DNA from: Octopus sinensis
Taxonomy: Eukaryota
Direction: 5' to 3'
Assembly: GCF_006345805.1 (NCBI RefSeq)
Contig: NC_043013.1
Location: forward strand, 35,030,001 to 35,094,000
Length of the DNA: 64,000 nucleotides
Of the stretch, positions 52,472-64,000 are shown in pieces. A program made the position numbers and the translations under genes. How positions within the stretch are numbered: the stretch's first letter is position 1; each line of letters begins with the position of its first letter. The notes under the pieces were generated by a model. The model made no database searches. It was not told the origin of the DNA and saw only the letters and a program-made list of their open reading frames with translations.

Positions 52472-53522
52472 GTGGGTTGTCACTTATATTATTTATGTAT
52501 ATATATATATTCCTTAAATTTATGCATTGCAGTGACAGGCAGCAAGCACTGAACCTGCAGCAAATTGGTATTAAAGATATATAACCACCATTCCACTCAC
52601 CAAAACGAAAGCAAAAAGAAAAGGGGGAAAGAAAAAAAATCATAAATTTATAATAAATCTTTCCATGGAGCAGCTCACACGGCATTTATAGATAGTGTTG
52701 TGTCAGAAACTGAGCATCCAAGTAGACTCTGGTCAAGGTTGCTATGACAACAATGTTACTTTGGACAAAAAGAAAGAAAAAAAAAAACAAACAAACAAAC
52801 GAACAAACAAACAAGTGAGAAACCAAAATTTGGCAGACATATTCGTATTCTGTATGCATAGTTCATTGTTCCTTACCGAAATAATTCCATCATATCTCAC
52901 TTACCTCATTAACTTCATTGTCCGGTTATATTATTTTAATGCATCATCTTTTCACTGCAGGATGGCAGCTACTTACAGAATGTATAAAGGACAGATAGCA
53001 CGGGGTAAGGGTGAAAAGTGGGAGTGGTCGTCGGTTCTACTAACTCGAGGGGGTCTATGCTTTCGTATCGTGTCACCTTAACCAGTGATCGTACATGTAT
53101 CTGTTACCATGTCATGAGTCAATGGGATGAAGCCTTTCTGAGATGGCTTGACCAGCAAGAAATAATAACTAAATCCCTCTCACTCTCTGTCTCAAAACCA
53201 CAGCCTGATTTCATAAATAAAGGAAGTACATGATGTTAACTGATGTGTTTAGTCTCCCAGGTATACAAAAAAAAATTTTTTAAATACAGAGAGGTCATGG
53301 CTGGAATGCTTTTGATCAAATATCTGCTTGATCAGAAATTACTTCGAATTAAACAACAACAACAACCAATTAAAAACCATGCTTCATGTTCCGCTCTTCC
53401 CACATGTAAGTACTTTACATGAGGTCACAAAACTCATTATCATAAGTGACAGGTGCCCCATATGATCATTGAGTATATTGTTACCTTGCTGAGCTCAATT
53501 CTGAGCCTTCCATTAGTGTTAC

Positions 53523-53646
53523 CTGACAACAAAGTTCTTCGGTTGTGATACCTTTCACCTTTGCCAATCTTTTTGATTTTTGTTGCTCTTCATGATGGAC
53601 ATTTCTTTTTGTTCTATACTTGCATGGCAACATTGGTCTACTCAAA
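53523..53646 (-). CDS. Candidate antisense exon (LSRPMLPCKYRTKRNVHHEEQQKSKRLAKVKGITTEELCCQ)
   Basis: ttttggccactcaacag| acceptor, CAG|gtaaca donor, only one frame open. Confidence 0.25.
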
Positions 53647-54138
53647 CTGTTGAGTGGCCAAAACAAGTAATAGTATCATCATCATGATCATCATGATCAT
53701 TATCATTATCATCATCATCATCATTATCATTATCATCATCATTATCATCCTCATCATCATCATCATGTCCCACAATAATATCACTACCATTACAGCCATC
53801 ATAACATCATGCATAATATATATATCAACACATACATACATACATACATCAGTACACACACACACACACAGACACACACACACACACACAAATATATGTA
53901 TACATATATGTATATATACAAATATGCTTCAAATACAGACTAGAAAAACAGTCAACAAATGATGAAGGGTCGTTCTTTGTGTTGTTTGTCATGTTATCCA
54001 ATTGTTTCCTTGTTCACAAAAAAAGTTCATTTTTCATGTCCTTGATATTTTTTGGTGTTTACGTTTTGTAACATCCTGTGCTCACATATGCATATATATA
54101 TATATATGTATACACATATACAATAATATATACATATT

Positions 54139-54202
<64 letters not shown>

Positions 54203-54358
54203 GCTGGGCTTTTTTCCGTCTACCAAATCCACTCAAAAGGCTTTGGTCAGCCCGAGTCTATAGCGGAAGACACTTGCCCAAGGTGTCACACAGTGGGAAT
54301 GAACCCGGAACCATGTGGTTGGTAAGCAAGCTACTTACCACACAGCCACTCCTGCGCC
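54203..54358 (-). mobile_element. SINE family B, 5' half
   Basis: taccaaatccactc...accacacagccactcctgcgcc. Confidence 0.9.
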
Positions 54359-54815
54359 TAGATGTATTTATGTATTTGTTTTCTTGGGATTTGCCTTGCA
54401 TTTACTTCACATTGTTCTGGCCTTACTCACAATCCTTTATGCAACATATATATATACATATATATATATTTAATCTGATGGGTTATTCTATACTTATTTA
54501 TTATAAGTATAAATTTATTATCCTTAAACAAGAAAGTTTTTCACAGTGACTTCGAAGTTTTGGCCAATTAAACTATCATTGGACGATGGTTTAATGAGCT
54601 GAAACATTGCAGTCCCTATCAACAACATTCTTGTTAAAGAATAACAGATATCTGTGTATATATCTGTATGTGTGTATATGTGTGTATATATATGTATATA
54701 TATAATGTATGTGTGTATATGTTGTTTTCTATCTCTTTTTAATTGACAGAAATTTTGATTGACTTCCTACATGGTAGCAAGTTTGTGAAAGAATACATCT
54801 TGTTTTATTTGTCAG

Positions 54816-54950
54816 TCTTTAAATCTTAAGAAGGTCTTGCAGAATTTTATATTCCATGATATATCACAATCGACTGTAGCATATGAATTAAGGATTTGCA
54901 TTCTCTCCCTGAGATCCCAAGTTCAGCGATACATAGCTCCAGACAGGTTG
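54816..54950 (+). CDS. Candidate gene model, exon 3 (SLNLKKVLQNFIFHDISQSTVAYELRICILSLRSQVQRYIAPDRL)
   Basis: ttgttttatttgtcag| acceptor, TTG|gtatgt donor, 135 nt open, phase 0-0. Confidence 0.5.
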
Positions 54951-55021
54951 GTATGTATCATGTTGCTTCGGTAACAATAACTTTGAAGCTGAAAGTGTAT
55001 CTTGGGTACTCCTTATGTGTA

Positions 55022-55059
<38 letters not shown>

Positions 55060-55062
<3 letters not shown>

Positions 55063-55248
55063 TCTTTTACTTGTTTCAGTCATTTGACTGCGGCCATGCC
55101 GAGCAAATCGACCCCGGGACTTATTCTTTGTAAGCCCAGTACTTATTCTATCGGTCTCTTTTGCCGAACCGCTAAGTGACGGGGACGTAAACACACCAGC
55201 ATCGGTTGTCAAGCAATGCTAGGGGGACAAACACAGACATACAAACAT
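55060..55248 (-). mobile_element. SINE family B, 3' half
   Basis: tactcttttacttgtttcagtcatttgactgcggcc...ggacaaacacagac. Confidence 0.9.
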
Positions 55249-55703
55249 AGTCTTGGCTATTCCTTCTACTTTAAAGTAGAAGGAATAGCCGAGACTTTTT
55301 GACTGCTATTTCTAAATTCGGTGTATGGTGAGGCAAATTGTTGCTGAACCCTAATTACTTAGTATATATATATATATATATATATATACCATCATCATCA
55401 TCATTTAATGTCCGCTTTCCATACTGGCATAGGTCAGATGGTCTGACTGAAAACTTGTCACCTAGGTAATGGAAGCTGTCAACCACTAATTTTATTTCCC
55501 TGGTATGTGATGGAATCGGTTTTCTGTACATTTTTGGTGTTTACTTTATCTGTGCACCTTGTACACACAAAAGATATCTTCCCTGTTAACCCTCCTCTGA
55601 TATTGCTGCACCTCTTATGTGTCCATAGTTTGCACTAGGTACATTTTATGGGTTTCTACCTACGCTTTTCCTACAGATATACATACATTCATGTATATAT
55701 ATA

Positions 55704-56099
55704 GGCGCAGGAGTGGCTGTGTGGTAAGTAGCTTGTTTACCAACCACATGGTTCCGGGTTCAGTCCCACTGCATGGCACCTTGGGCAAGTGTCTTCTTCT
55801 ATAGCCTCGAGCCAACCAAAGTCTTGTGAGTGGATTTGGTAGGCGGAAACTGAAAGAAGCCCGTCGTATATGTGTATATATATGTACATATGTTTGTGCG
55901 TGTATGTTTGTGTTTGTCCCCCTAGCATTGCTTGACAACTGATGCTGGTGTGTTTACGTCCCATTCACTTAGCGGTTCGGCAAAAGAGACTGATAGAATA
56001 AGTACTGGGCTTACAAAGAATAAGTCCTGGGGTCGATTTGCTCGACTAAAGGCGGTGCTTCAGCATGGCCGCAGCCAAATGACTGAAACAAGTAAAAGA

Positions 56100-56100
<1 letters not shown>
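55704..56100 (+). mobile_element. SINE family B, young full length
   Basis: ggcgcaggagtggctgtgtggtaagtagc...gactgaaacaagtaaaaga. Confidence 0.95.
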
Positions 56101-56157
<57 letters not shown>

Positions 56158-57039
56158 ATATATATATCCTTCTCAATGGCTTAAAACCTGGATACAAAAC
56201 ATTAAAAAGAAGAGTCATTGTTATCATTAACATCATCATCACATCGACATTATTATAATTTTTTGTATTTTCATTAGCATAATTCTATTTCATTTATGAT
56301 AGCATGAATAATAAATGAACTCAAAAACAAATACAGTCATCTTTATGGTATTAATCATTATCATATGATTATCATATTGTTTAATTCTTTTATTTGTTTT
56401 TCGTCATTGGACAACGGCCATGCTGGAGCACCATCTTGAACGGTTTAGGTGAAGAAATTGACTGCAGTAATTTGTTGAAGTTTGGTACTTATTCTTTAGG
56501 TCTCATTTTTTTAACCATGTTTTTGAATTCCAGGGACATAAAAAAAACAATACTTGTTGTCATGAGGTGAGGGTAAATACAAAGATGCACACACACACAC
56601 ACACACACACACATACATGCATACACACACATGCACACATACACATACATTTGTACATGCATACCTATAAATTATATATAGTACAAATAAATACTACTAT
56701 ACTACTAATGTCTTTTAGTAAGGATCTCCTTCAACTCTTCCTCACTGAAGATGGAATAGTTGGCTATTTGATGCAAAGCTTCTTTTCATTCACTGAGAAA
56801 TGCACCATATGAGCAGCTATTCTCGAAACAGCTGTAAGAGGCTATTAGCACACCTAACATTCTCCCGTATTTATGAGATACATTCTACCCCAACAACCCT
56901 TTGGTAACCATTCTAATTTATGTTTAAGTTATAATTCCTTGCTCTAAATTGATTTGATTTTGATTTTGATTTTTCTAGTTTCAGCTAATGAGCTGTGGCC
57001 ATGCTGGGGCACCGCCATTACCAATTATTTGCTTGTTCA

Positions 57040-57465
57040 TTCTTTCTTTCTGCTATTCTTTCATTCATTTTGTTATTTTACTTGTTTCATTCATTTGATT
57101 GCGGCCATGCTGGAGCACTGCCAAACAAGTCAACCCCAGGACTTATTCAAATGCAGTATGTAATACTTATTCTAAACTGCTAATTACAGGGATGTAAACA
57201 CACCAACATCAGTTGTTAAGTGGTGATGGTGATGACAGACACAGACACAAAGACATACAGATATAACACACACACACTCATACAACACACACACACACAT
57301 ATATATATATACGATGGGCATCTTTCAGTTTCCATCTACAAAATCAACTCACAAGGCTTTTGTTGGCCCAAGGCTATAGCAGAAGGCATTTGCCCAAGGT
57401 TCCATGCAGTGGGACTGAACTCAGGACCATGTCATTGGGAAGCAAGTTTCTTACCACACAGCCAT
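57040..57465 (-). mobile_element. SINE family B, diverged
   Basis: gcggccatgctggagcac...ttcttaccacacagcc. Confidence 0.82.
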
Positions 57466-57577
57466 GACTACATACACAGACAACTTATCTAGACATATAA
57501 TAGTGAGAGAGATGCATAGTCAATTATATTGTGAGAGACAGACGTAGGCAACTGGATAGGGTGATTGATACAGGGAA

Positions 57578-57783
57578 GGTGGGGAGGCAAAAAAGTTCTT
57601 GGCTTCAAGGGCATCGTGAAAAGTGTGGCTGGAGGCCCAACCTTCTAAGTTCTTTTACAGGGATCCGGATTACTGAAGGATCACTGCAATAAGGCTAGTA
57701 GTATGTTGAATAAAATCATAATTAACTGATCCTCCCGTATTTTCATTTACCCAAAGCCAGGAATTTTTCAGCAGCCTACCATA
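57578..57783 (+). mobile_element. Mariner-derived MITE (internally deleted)
   Basis: TIRs aaaaagttcttggctt and aaagccaggaatttttca. The interior keeps a transposase C-terminal remnant ending tatgttgaataa (YVE*). Confidence 0.7.
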
Positions 57784-58379
57784 TTTAGACAACTAGATAG
57801 TGAGATTGATTGATAAATGGAAAGTAGGATCAATATAAATGCAAGCAATTAAAAGGTGAGATAGATATAGATAAATGAATGATAAGATACATGTTAATAT
57901 ATTGATGGCTACATGGTGAGACAGATCTATAAGACACATGGATGGTTGTATAGGTGCACAGATAACTTTAAGCAAAAATCAAATATGTTAACATGAATAG
58001 AAAAATTAATATTTCTAAATCTCTAAATGAGAAACATTCAGTAACATTGTTCTAGAACAAGGGCCCTTAGCATCCCCATTCAGCTCAAGCAGGGTGGGGA
58101 CACTAAGCTCCCTTGTTTAAAAATATAAGGATGCAGATAGTGTGTCGATAGCCAGCTGGAGACGATGTTTCTTAGGGCTAAATAACAATAATGTTCATCC
58201 TATTCAAGACTGCCACATTATATTGGCAAATAATCTTTACATTAGCATGAATATTTTCCAGTATTCTAGTCTTAAGTCCCAAGTTCAAACCCTTGTGGGA
58301 GCAAATTTTCATGTTATACTTTTCAGGTCAGTCAGACAAAAATATTTACTTTCACAAAATGTGTACCCTGCTCTGATGT

Positions 58380-58510
58380 CTAGAGTCTCGAACCGCAGAA
58401 ATGGAAAGTTGCTCTGATGTCAGCTTCAGGAAGCTGGTGAATGAGAAACCTTTTAGTCAACTTGAACTCTGTGTAGTCAAACTGGTTAGACATCACGTTC
58501 AGGGAGAAGT
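58380..58510 (-). CDS. Candidate exon (DFSLNVMSNQFDYTEFKLTKRFLIHQLPEADIRATFHFCGSRL*)
   Basis: Very long polypyrimidine tract plus tttgcag| acceptor, 43 open codons, and frequent C/G third positions against an AT-rich background. A weak internal GT would end the exon at 58394 (phase 1-1). Confidence 0.45.
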
Positions 58511-59352
58511 CTGCAAACATTGTAGAAATTAAGGAAGGAAGAAAGACAAAAAAGTAAAAAAAAATAGATAAGTAACAATAATGATAAAAATAAAGATAGA
58601 ACAAAAAGAAAATAAACACAGAAGAAATAAACAATTATATAATAAAAGAAAATAAATAAAAAGTGTTTCCAAACACAAGCTAATCAGAGCCTGACAAACA
58701 AAATCTGTCTTTTATTGAGTATGTGTTGTGTCGTTTGGCATAAATCAAAGTGGCACATCTCCCAGTTTATTTGTAATTAAATTCATTAGCATTGCGTTAT
58801 AGCAATTAAGAAGTGGAAAATCTGGGTGAATTGATTGTTTGATCTTTGCAATCTGGTGAAAGAGGGAAGGAGAGAAAGATAGTGGTGATGGTGGTGTGTG
58901 TGTGTGTGGAGAGGAGGAGCGGGATAGTTAGAGAGTATATACATAAAAATAAGCATTGACTCAGATTGAAATTGCTTATTATTATTTCGTTATTTGGTTA
59001 CTAATTTAAAAAAAATAAACGAAACGTTTAACATACACACACACACACATATATATATTTATACATATATATACATATATATATAAATATACATATACAC
59101 ATATATATATATACGTATATACATATGTATATATAAACCTTTGAATTCAAATAAACATTGACTATTTAATATTTATATCTATAAAAAACATGAAAAAAAC
59201 AACAACATTTGTATCATCATTCACATAATCCTCTGCAACGACACCCTCTTCAATTTATATATATATATACGTAGCATTAAATATTCTGCCTCCCACACTC
59301 CATTGATTTGATCAGAATAGGTAAATACATACATATACATGATATATATATA

Positions 59353-59397
<45 letters not shown>

Positions 59398-59507
59398 TAT
59401 ATATATATATACATATATATATATACATATATATATAATAATAAGAGTAATAATAATAATATAATAATATAATATTAGTAATTATATATATATATATATA
59501 TACATAT

Positions 59508-59575
<68 letters not shown>

Positions 59576-60059
59576 ACACACACACATACAGACATATATG
59601 TATGTGTGTATATCTATCTATAAATATATGTTTATATGTATGTGTATATATAGATATATTATATATTTATATGCAGAGACACAAATATTATTAAGGAGAT
59701 TTAAGTATATAACAACATTCGTTTAATATTTTGTGTAAAGGAGTATGAAAAATCAAAATGATGATAGCAGAATAATTGAGTAGAGTGTCTGACAAAATGT
59801 GTTGGTGGTGGCACGGCTGTGTGGTAAGAAGGTTTGTTTTGTAACCATGTAGCTTTTGGGCTTGATCCCACTATGCAACACCTCGGACAAGTGTCTTCTG
59901 CCATAGCCTTGAGTTGGACAATCTCTTGTGAATGGAATCTAATAGATATGATCTGTGTAGAAGCTTGTCAGGTTCTTCTCTTTCTCTCTTTTAATTTTAG
60001 AGTAAATTTAACCCAGTAAAAACAAGTTAACTTGTTTTCACCCAATTTATCTTTTTCAG

Positions 60060-60205
60060 AGTGTGATGAATAAACTTGTCCAAAACATAATTTCAAAAAC
60101 AGCCACAGACGAGTTTATATGTCAATTCTTGGCATTTCTTGATTTTCATCTTCTTTTTTTGTTTACAAATTACACCCAAATGTTGAGCTCAGAAGATGAA
60201 AATGA
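60060..60205 (+). CDS. Candidate gene model, exon 4 (SVMNKLVQNIISKTATDEFICQFLAFLDFHLLFLFTNYTQMLSSEDEN)
   Basis: ttatctttttcag| acceptor in phase 0 and GA|gtatga donor. The frame stays open to 60398 if unspliced. Confidence 0.5.
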
Positions 60206-60325
60206 GTATGAACCTTCTACTAGAAGCTTGGATATACCAGAAAAGAGTGCACGGTTGTCTGATAAAAAAGAATCGTCTGGAAATGAAACGTTTCCTTCAA
60301 AAGAACTCACTGGGGAAGGGATTAA

Positions 60326-60546
60326 CCCTTTTGTTACCAACCTGGCTGAAACCGGCTCTGGCTTTGTAGTACAAATGTCGTGTTTTCCTAAGTTTTGAAT
60401 TAAAATCTTCCACCAAACCTTAGTCACAATTTATGTTCCTAACACTAGCTGAATGATAACTAAGTTATTTTACTAAATTCTTTGTTATATTCAAAGTAAT
60501 TAAAAGAAACTCAGAGCATCTCAAAATAAATACAGTAACGAAAGGG
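60326..60546. mobile_element. piggyBac-like MITE with TTAA TSD
   Basis: TTAA (60322-60325 and 60547-60550). TIR cccttttgttac versus reverse complement ccctttcgttac (11/12). Confidence 0.88.
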
Positions 60547-60550
60547 TTAA

Positions 60551-60750
60551 GGCAACAAGCTGATAGAATCGTTAGCATGTTGGGCAAAATGCCTTGCAAC
60601 TTTTCATCAGTTCTTACTTCTGAGTTTAAATTCCACCAAGGTCAACTTTGCCTTTTGGGGTTGATAAATTAAGTACCAATGAAACACTGGGGTTGATGAA
60701 ATCAACTTATTCCCTTCATCGAAATTGCTGGCCCTGCACCAAAATTTGAA
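60551..60750 (+). mobile_element. SINE family A, diverged
   Basis: ggcaacaagctgatagaatcgttagc...gataaattaagtacc. Confidence 0.82.
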
Positions 60751-61104
60751 ATCAATTTTATATTAAATTTTAACCAGCCACTCATTGGTAAAAAAGGTTG
60801 TGAAGGAAAGCATCTTCATTTAACCATCATCTTTTAAATCTGAAGAAGGTCCTAGGGTTCAACTGAAACTTCAATGCCATTTCTTCAAGGGTAAACAAAC
60901 CAACCCTCTCCGACAGATGCAGTTATTTTTCCACAAATAAATTTCTTAACAGCATTGCCATATATTTTACTCTTTTAGTCATGCTGGAGCACTCTTTTTA
61001 GAGTTAATTGAACAAATCATCACCAGTATTTATTTAAGTTCAGTATTTATTTCAATTCTGGGACCCATTCTATCATTCTTTTTAGCTGAACCACTAAGCT
61101 AAAT

Positions 61105-61621
61105 TCTTCTTTTCTTCTTCTTCTTACAGCATTCACCCGGGGTGGGTTGAGCTGGCTTCATTCATCCTCAATGCTGCATCTCTCACAAACGCCGACCAGG
61201 GCTGGCGATTTGAGGCTAACAACAGCTTGATCTCCAACCACTCCTTATTCCAGTGGTGAACGCCATAGATATGGGGGCCTAGGTTGGGTTCCAGATCAGC
61301 CTTGACTGTCATCAGCCAGGTTTTTCTTTGTCCACCACATCGCTTTTGCCAAGCCTGAAGGGGAGCTGGAGCAATTGCTTCGTAGATGAATTCTCCTGGT
61401 TGACGACGGAGGGCATGACCCAGCCAATGCAGACGTCTCGTTAGGATGACTTGACGGAGGGAGGTGATTTTGCACTGGTGTCGCACCGAATTGTTGGAGA
61501 CAAAGTGATGCCATCGGACACGAAGGATGCGGCGTAGAGAGAGGTGATCGAAGGATTCCAATTGCTTAATATCTTCCACCCTCATTGGCCATGACTTGCT
61601 GCCGTAAAGGAGAATCGTTCA
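61105..61621 (-). mobile_element. 5'-truncated RTE-clade LINE (RT C-terminal end plus (AAG)n tail) inside an old SINE B
   Basis: TILLYGSKSWPMRVED..FDHLSLRRIL..RRLHWLGHALRR..GGQRKTW..W motifs, GC-rich, with a 13-bp TSD cactaagctaaat (61092-61104 and 61622-61634). Confidence 0.95.
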
Positions 61622-61989
61622 CACTAAGCTAAATGACAGAAACAAGTCAACACTGATTATCAATTGGTGGGGCACAGACACAAACACAAGCAAAAAGACA
61701 TGCACACAGAGTCCTGCACACCTGATATTTGAGAAAAAGACAAAATAATCATAACTAAACTGCCTTTCATCATTGGTCTGTTTGATTAAGTTTTATCTAG
61801 AGTGAGACAACAACAACATCAACAACGAACTCTCTTCGTAATTAGAGTTTTTAATCAATATTAAAACATATTGCTACACATATATAAGTTCGAAATTGCT
61901 GTTTGTTATAATAATACTGAAAGTTATCAGATTTTTTTCACATGATGTCTAAATATTTGTTTTCAAACAAACATTTTATCTACTTATTT

Positions 61990-62061
<72 letters not shown>

Positions 62062-62296
62062 GTGTGTGTGTCTATACACAAGTATATTTATATATGTATA
62101 TATATATACATACATACACACACACACACACATATATATATACTTAAATACATACATACATACATGTGTGTGTGCCTGTCTGTCTATCTGCCTATGTATC
62201 TAACTACCTATCAATCTACCTGTCTATCTGTCTATTTATCTATTTATCAATATATCTATGTATGTATGTATGTATGTATGTATGTATGTATGTATG

Positions 62297-62334
<38 letters not shown>

Positions 62335-62358
62335 CCTACCTATCTATCTATTTATACA

Positions 62359-62389
<31 letters not shown>

Positions 62390-62457
62390 CTATCTATCAA
62401 TCTATCTATCTATTTATCTATCTATCTATTTATCTGTCTACCTACCTATCTATCTAC

Positions 62458-62489
<32 letters not shown>

Positions 62490-62490
62490 A

Positions 62491-62526
<36 letters not shown>

Positions 62527-62845
62527 CAGTTAGCTAGCTACTTATTATTTTGTTAATAACAATCCTCTCCGCCACCTAACAAGTTAACTTCCCATCATCA
62601 TATAATTACTTGAAAAGCTCTTTTATGAGACAGAAAAATATTTTACTAATTTATGTTCTGAGATAAAACTCTCCTGCGAGTCCAAAATTAATTTCCAGAA
62701 GCTTCCAGCAAAATGCTTTGAATTAAATACTGTCTCTGAGAGAAAACTATTTTGGGATTTTTGATGGTTTTTCAAAAACTGACAAACAAATTGGTTGAAT
62801 ACAAATTAATTTAGAAACAAGTTTCAAAATTATCTTCTCATACAG

Positions 62846-62969
62846 TCAACATGATGAAAAGGTTTTTGGCTACGCACACACATATTTTGAGCTCGTTTAC
62901 AGTGCAGAAATAATCAATTATGAATATATGGATAGAAACAAAACAAAATGTAAAAGAAAAACAACGTAA
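62846..62969 (+). CDS. Candidate gene model, terminal exon 5 (DQHDEKVFGYAHTYFELVYSAEIINYEYMDRNKTKCKRKTT*)
   Basis: ttatcttctcatacag| acceptor. The phase-2 frame matching exon 4 is open for 40 codons and is followed by A-rich sequence. Confidence 0.4.
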
Positions 62970-63038
62970 AATAATAATAAAAATTTTTAAATATTAAAAA
63001 GACAACAACAGTGATAATAATATTATTATTATTATTAT

Positions 63039-63073
<35 letters not shown>

Positions 63074-63907
63074 TATAGTTGAGAAAGTGATAAAAAAATG
63101 AAAACAAAATGATTTAAATTAAGGAAAATACCACAACACAATTTAGACTTTTAGTAATTTACCAATTTCCAATAGAGTTGTTAAATTAATTCATTTGTAG
63201 CATTTGAGACATTTTCAAAAATGAAAGGTATAACAAGGAAAAAAAAGAGAAAGAAAAAGAATTAAAAAATGCAATGACATAGAAAGAAAGAAAGAAATTA
63301 AACTTTTGGTAAGAAGTGCAATAAGAATATTATTAAAAATACCATTGTCATGACAAGACCAATTCTTGAAAACATAAGATAATAAACAACATGATTGTTG
63401 AAATAGCAGTATCACAGAACACAGTAAGCAACTCCACAATTTGAAGTTTTTGACTTATCTTCCTCTCTCTCACATTTCAACCTTTATCAATGCTGTTTTG
63501 TTATTTTTTAAACTTTGTAATAAAATGCTAATTTAAAGGAGAAAAAGATAATAGAAATTAAAATGTAAAAAAAACAACTCTTGGCTATATAGCATTTTTA
63601 TTTTGTTTTGAAATTTGACGAATCAACAAAAACATTCTTAATATTAGATGATGGAGTCAACAAGAGGGAAAAATCACGACTGATAATGTCACTAATGTCA
63701 CTCCTCTCCATCGCTTTACACTTTATCACCTTGCTTCCAGTAAGAACTTATACATGTAATTGATGCACTGAATACAATATAGTTCTCATTTCTTTGCAAT
63801 ATTGCATATAGAGTATACCATATATTCTACATAGTGCTAAATTACAGTTCACGCTCTCTCTCCCCACCTAATATATACATGTATATATGTGTGTGTGTAC
63901 ATATGTG

Positions 63908-63950
<43 letters not shown>

Positions 63951-64000
63951 CAAAGAAATTCCAATTCTGTCTGTTTTTTATGTTTTATTTGTATTGTTTG

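Noticed and set aside
52961-53004. Exon candidate with strong splice sites
   Set aside because: It has a stop in the phase needed to follow 52347-52471. It could be a poison or alternative exon, but that is unsupported.
63676-63740. Signal-peptide-like MSLMSLLSIALHFITLLP followed by gtaaga
   Set aside because: It is a short single observation at the window edge, with no downstream exon available to test.

Overview
This is eukaryotic, strongly AT-rich, repeat-saturated DNA. From recall, the SINE families and (TA/CA/CAT/AAT)n microsatellites look like an octopus or other cephalopod genome; this was not verified by a search. Nearly all ORFs in the supplied track are microsatellite or SINE artefacts. 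Supported content: (1) dozens of copies of five short-retroposon families, labelled A-E here; (2) several MITEs (Tc1-like, pogo-like, two TTAA/piggyBac-like, mariner-like); (3) two mariner transposase relics; (4) a 5'-truncated RTE LINE with a 13-bp TSD; (5) a CCHC zinc-knuckle ORF1/gag relic; (6) a 100-N gap with a false flanking duplication; (7) tentative spliced exons, the best being a phase-compatible 5-exon plus-strand model at 51565-62969. The most interesting signal is a Penelope-like element (PLE) 3' end at 7563-8295. Its GIY-YIG C-terminus is followed 30 nt after the stop by a tRNA-derived A/B-box module, an (AAT)n tract, a minimal type I hammerhead ribozyme and a terminal hairpin. 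Two more ORF-less copies of this module occur in the window. Both begin at the same anticodon-loop position, and one has a twin-priming-type inversion. Boundaries of old repeats are approximate (about +/-20 nt).
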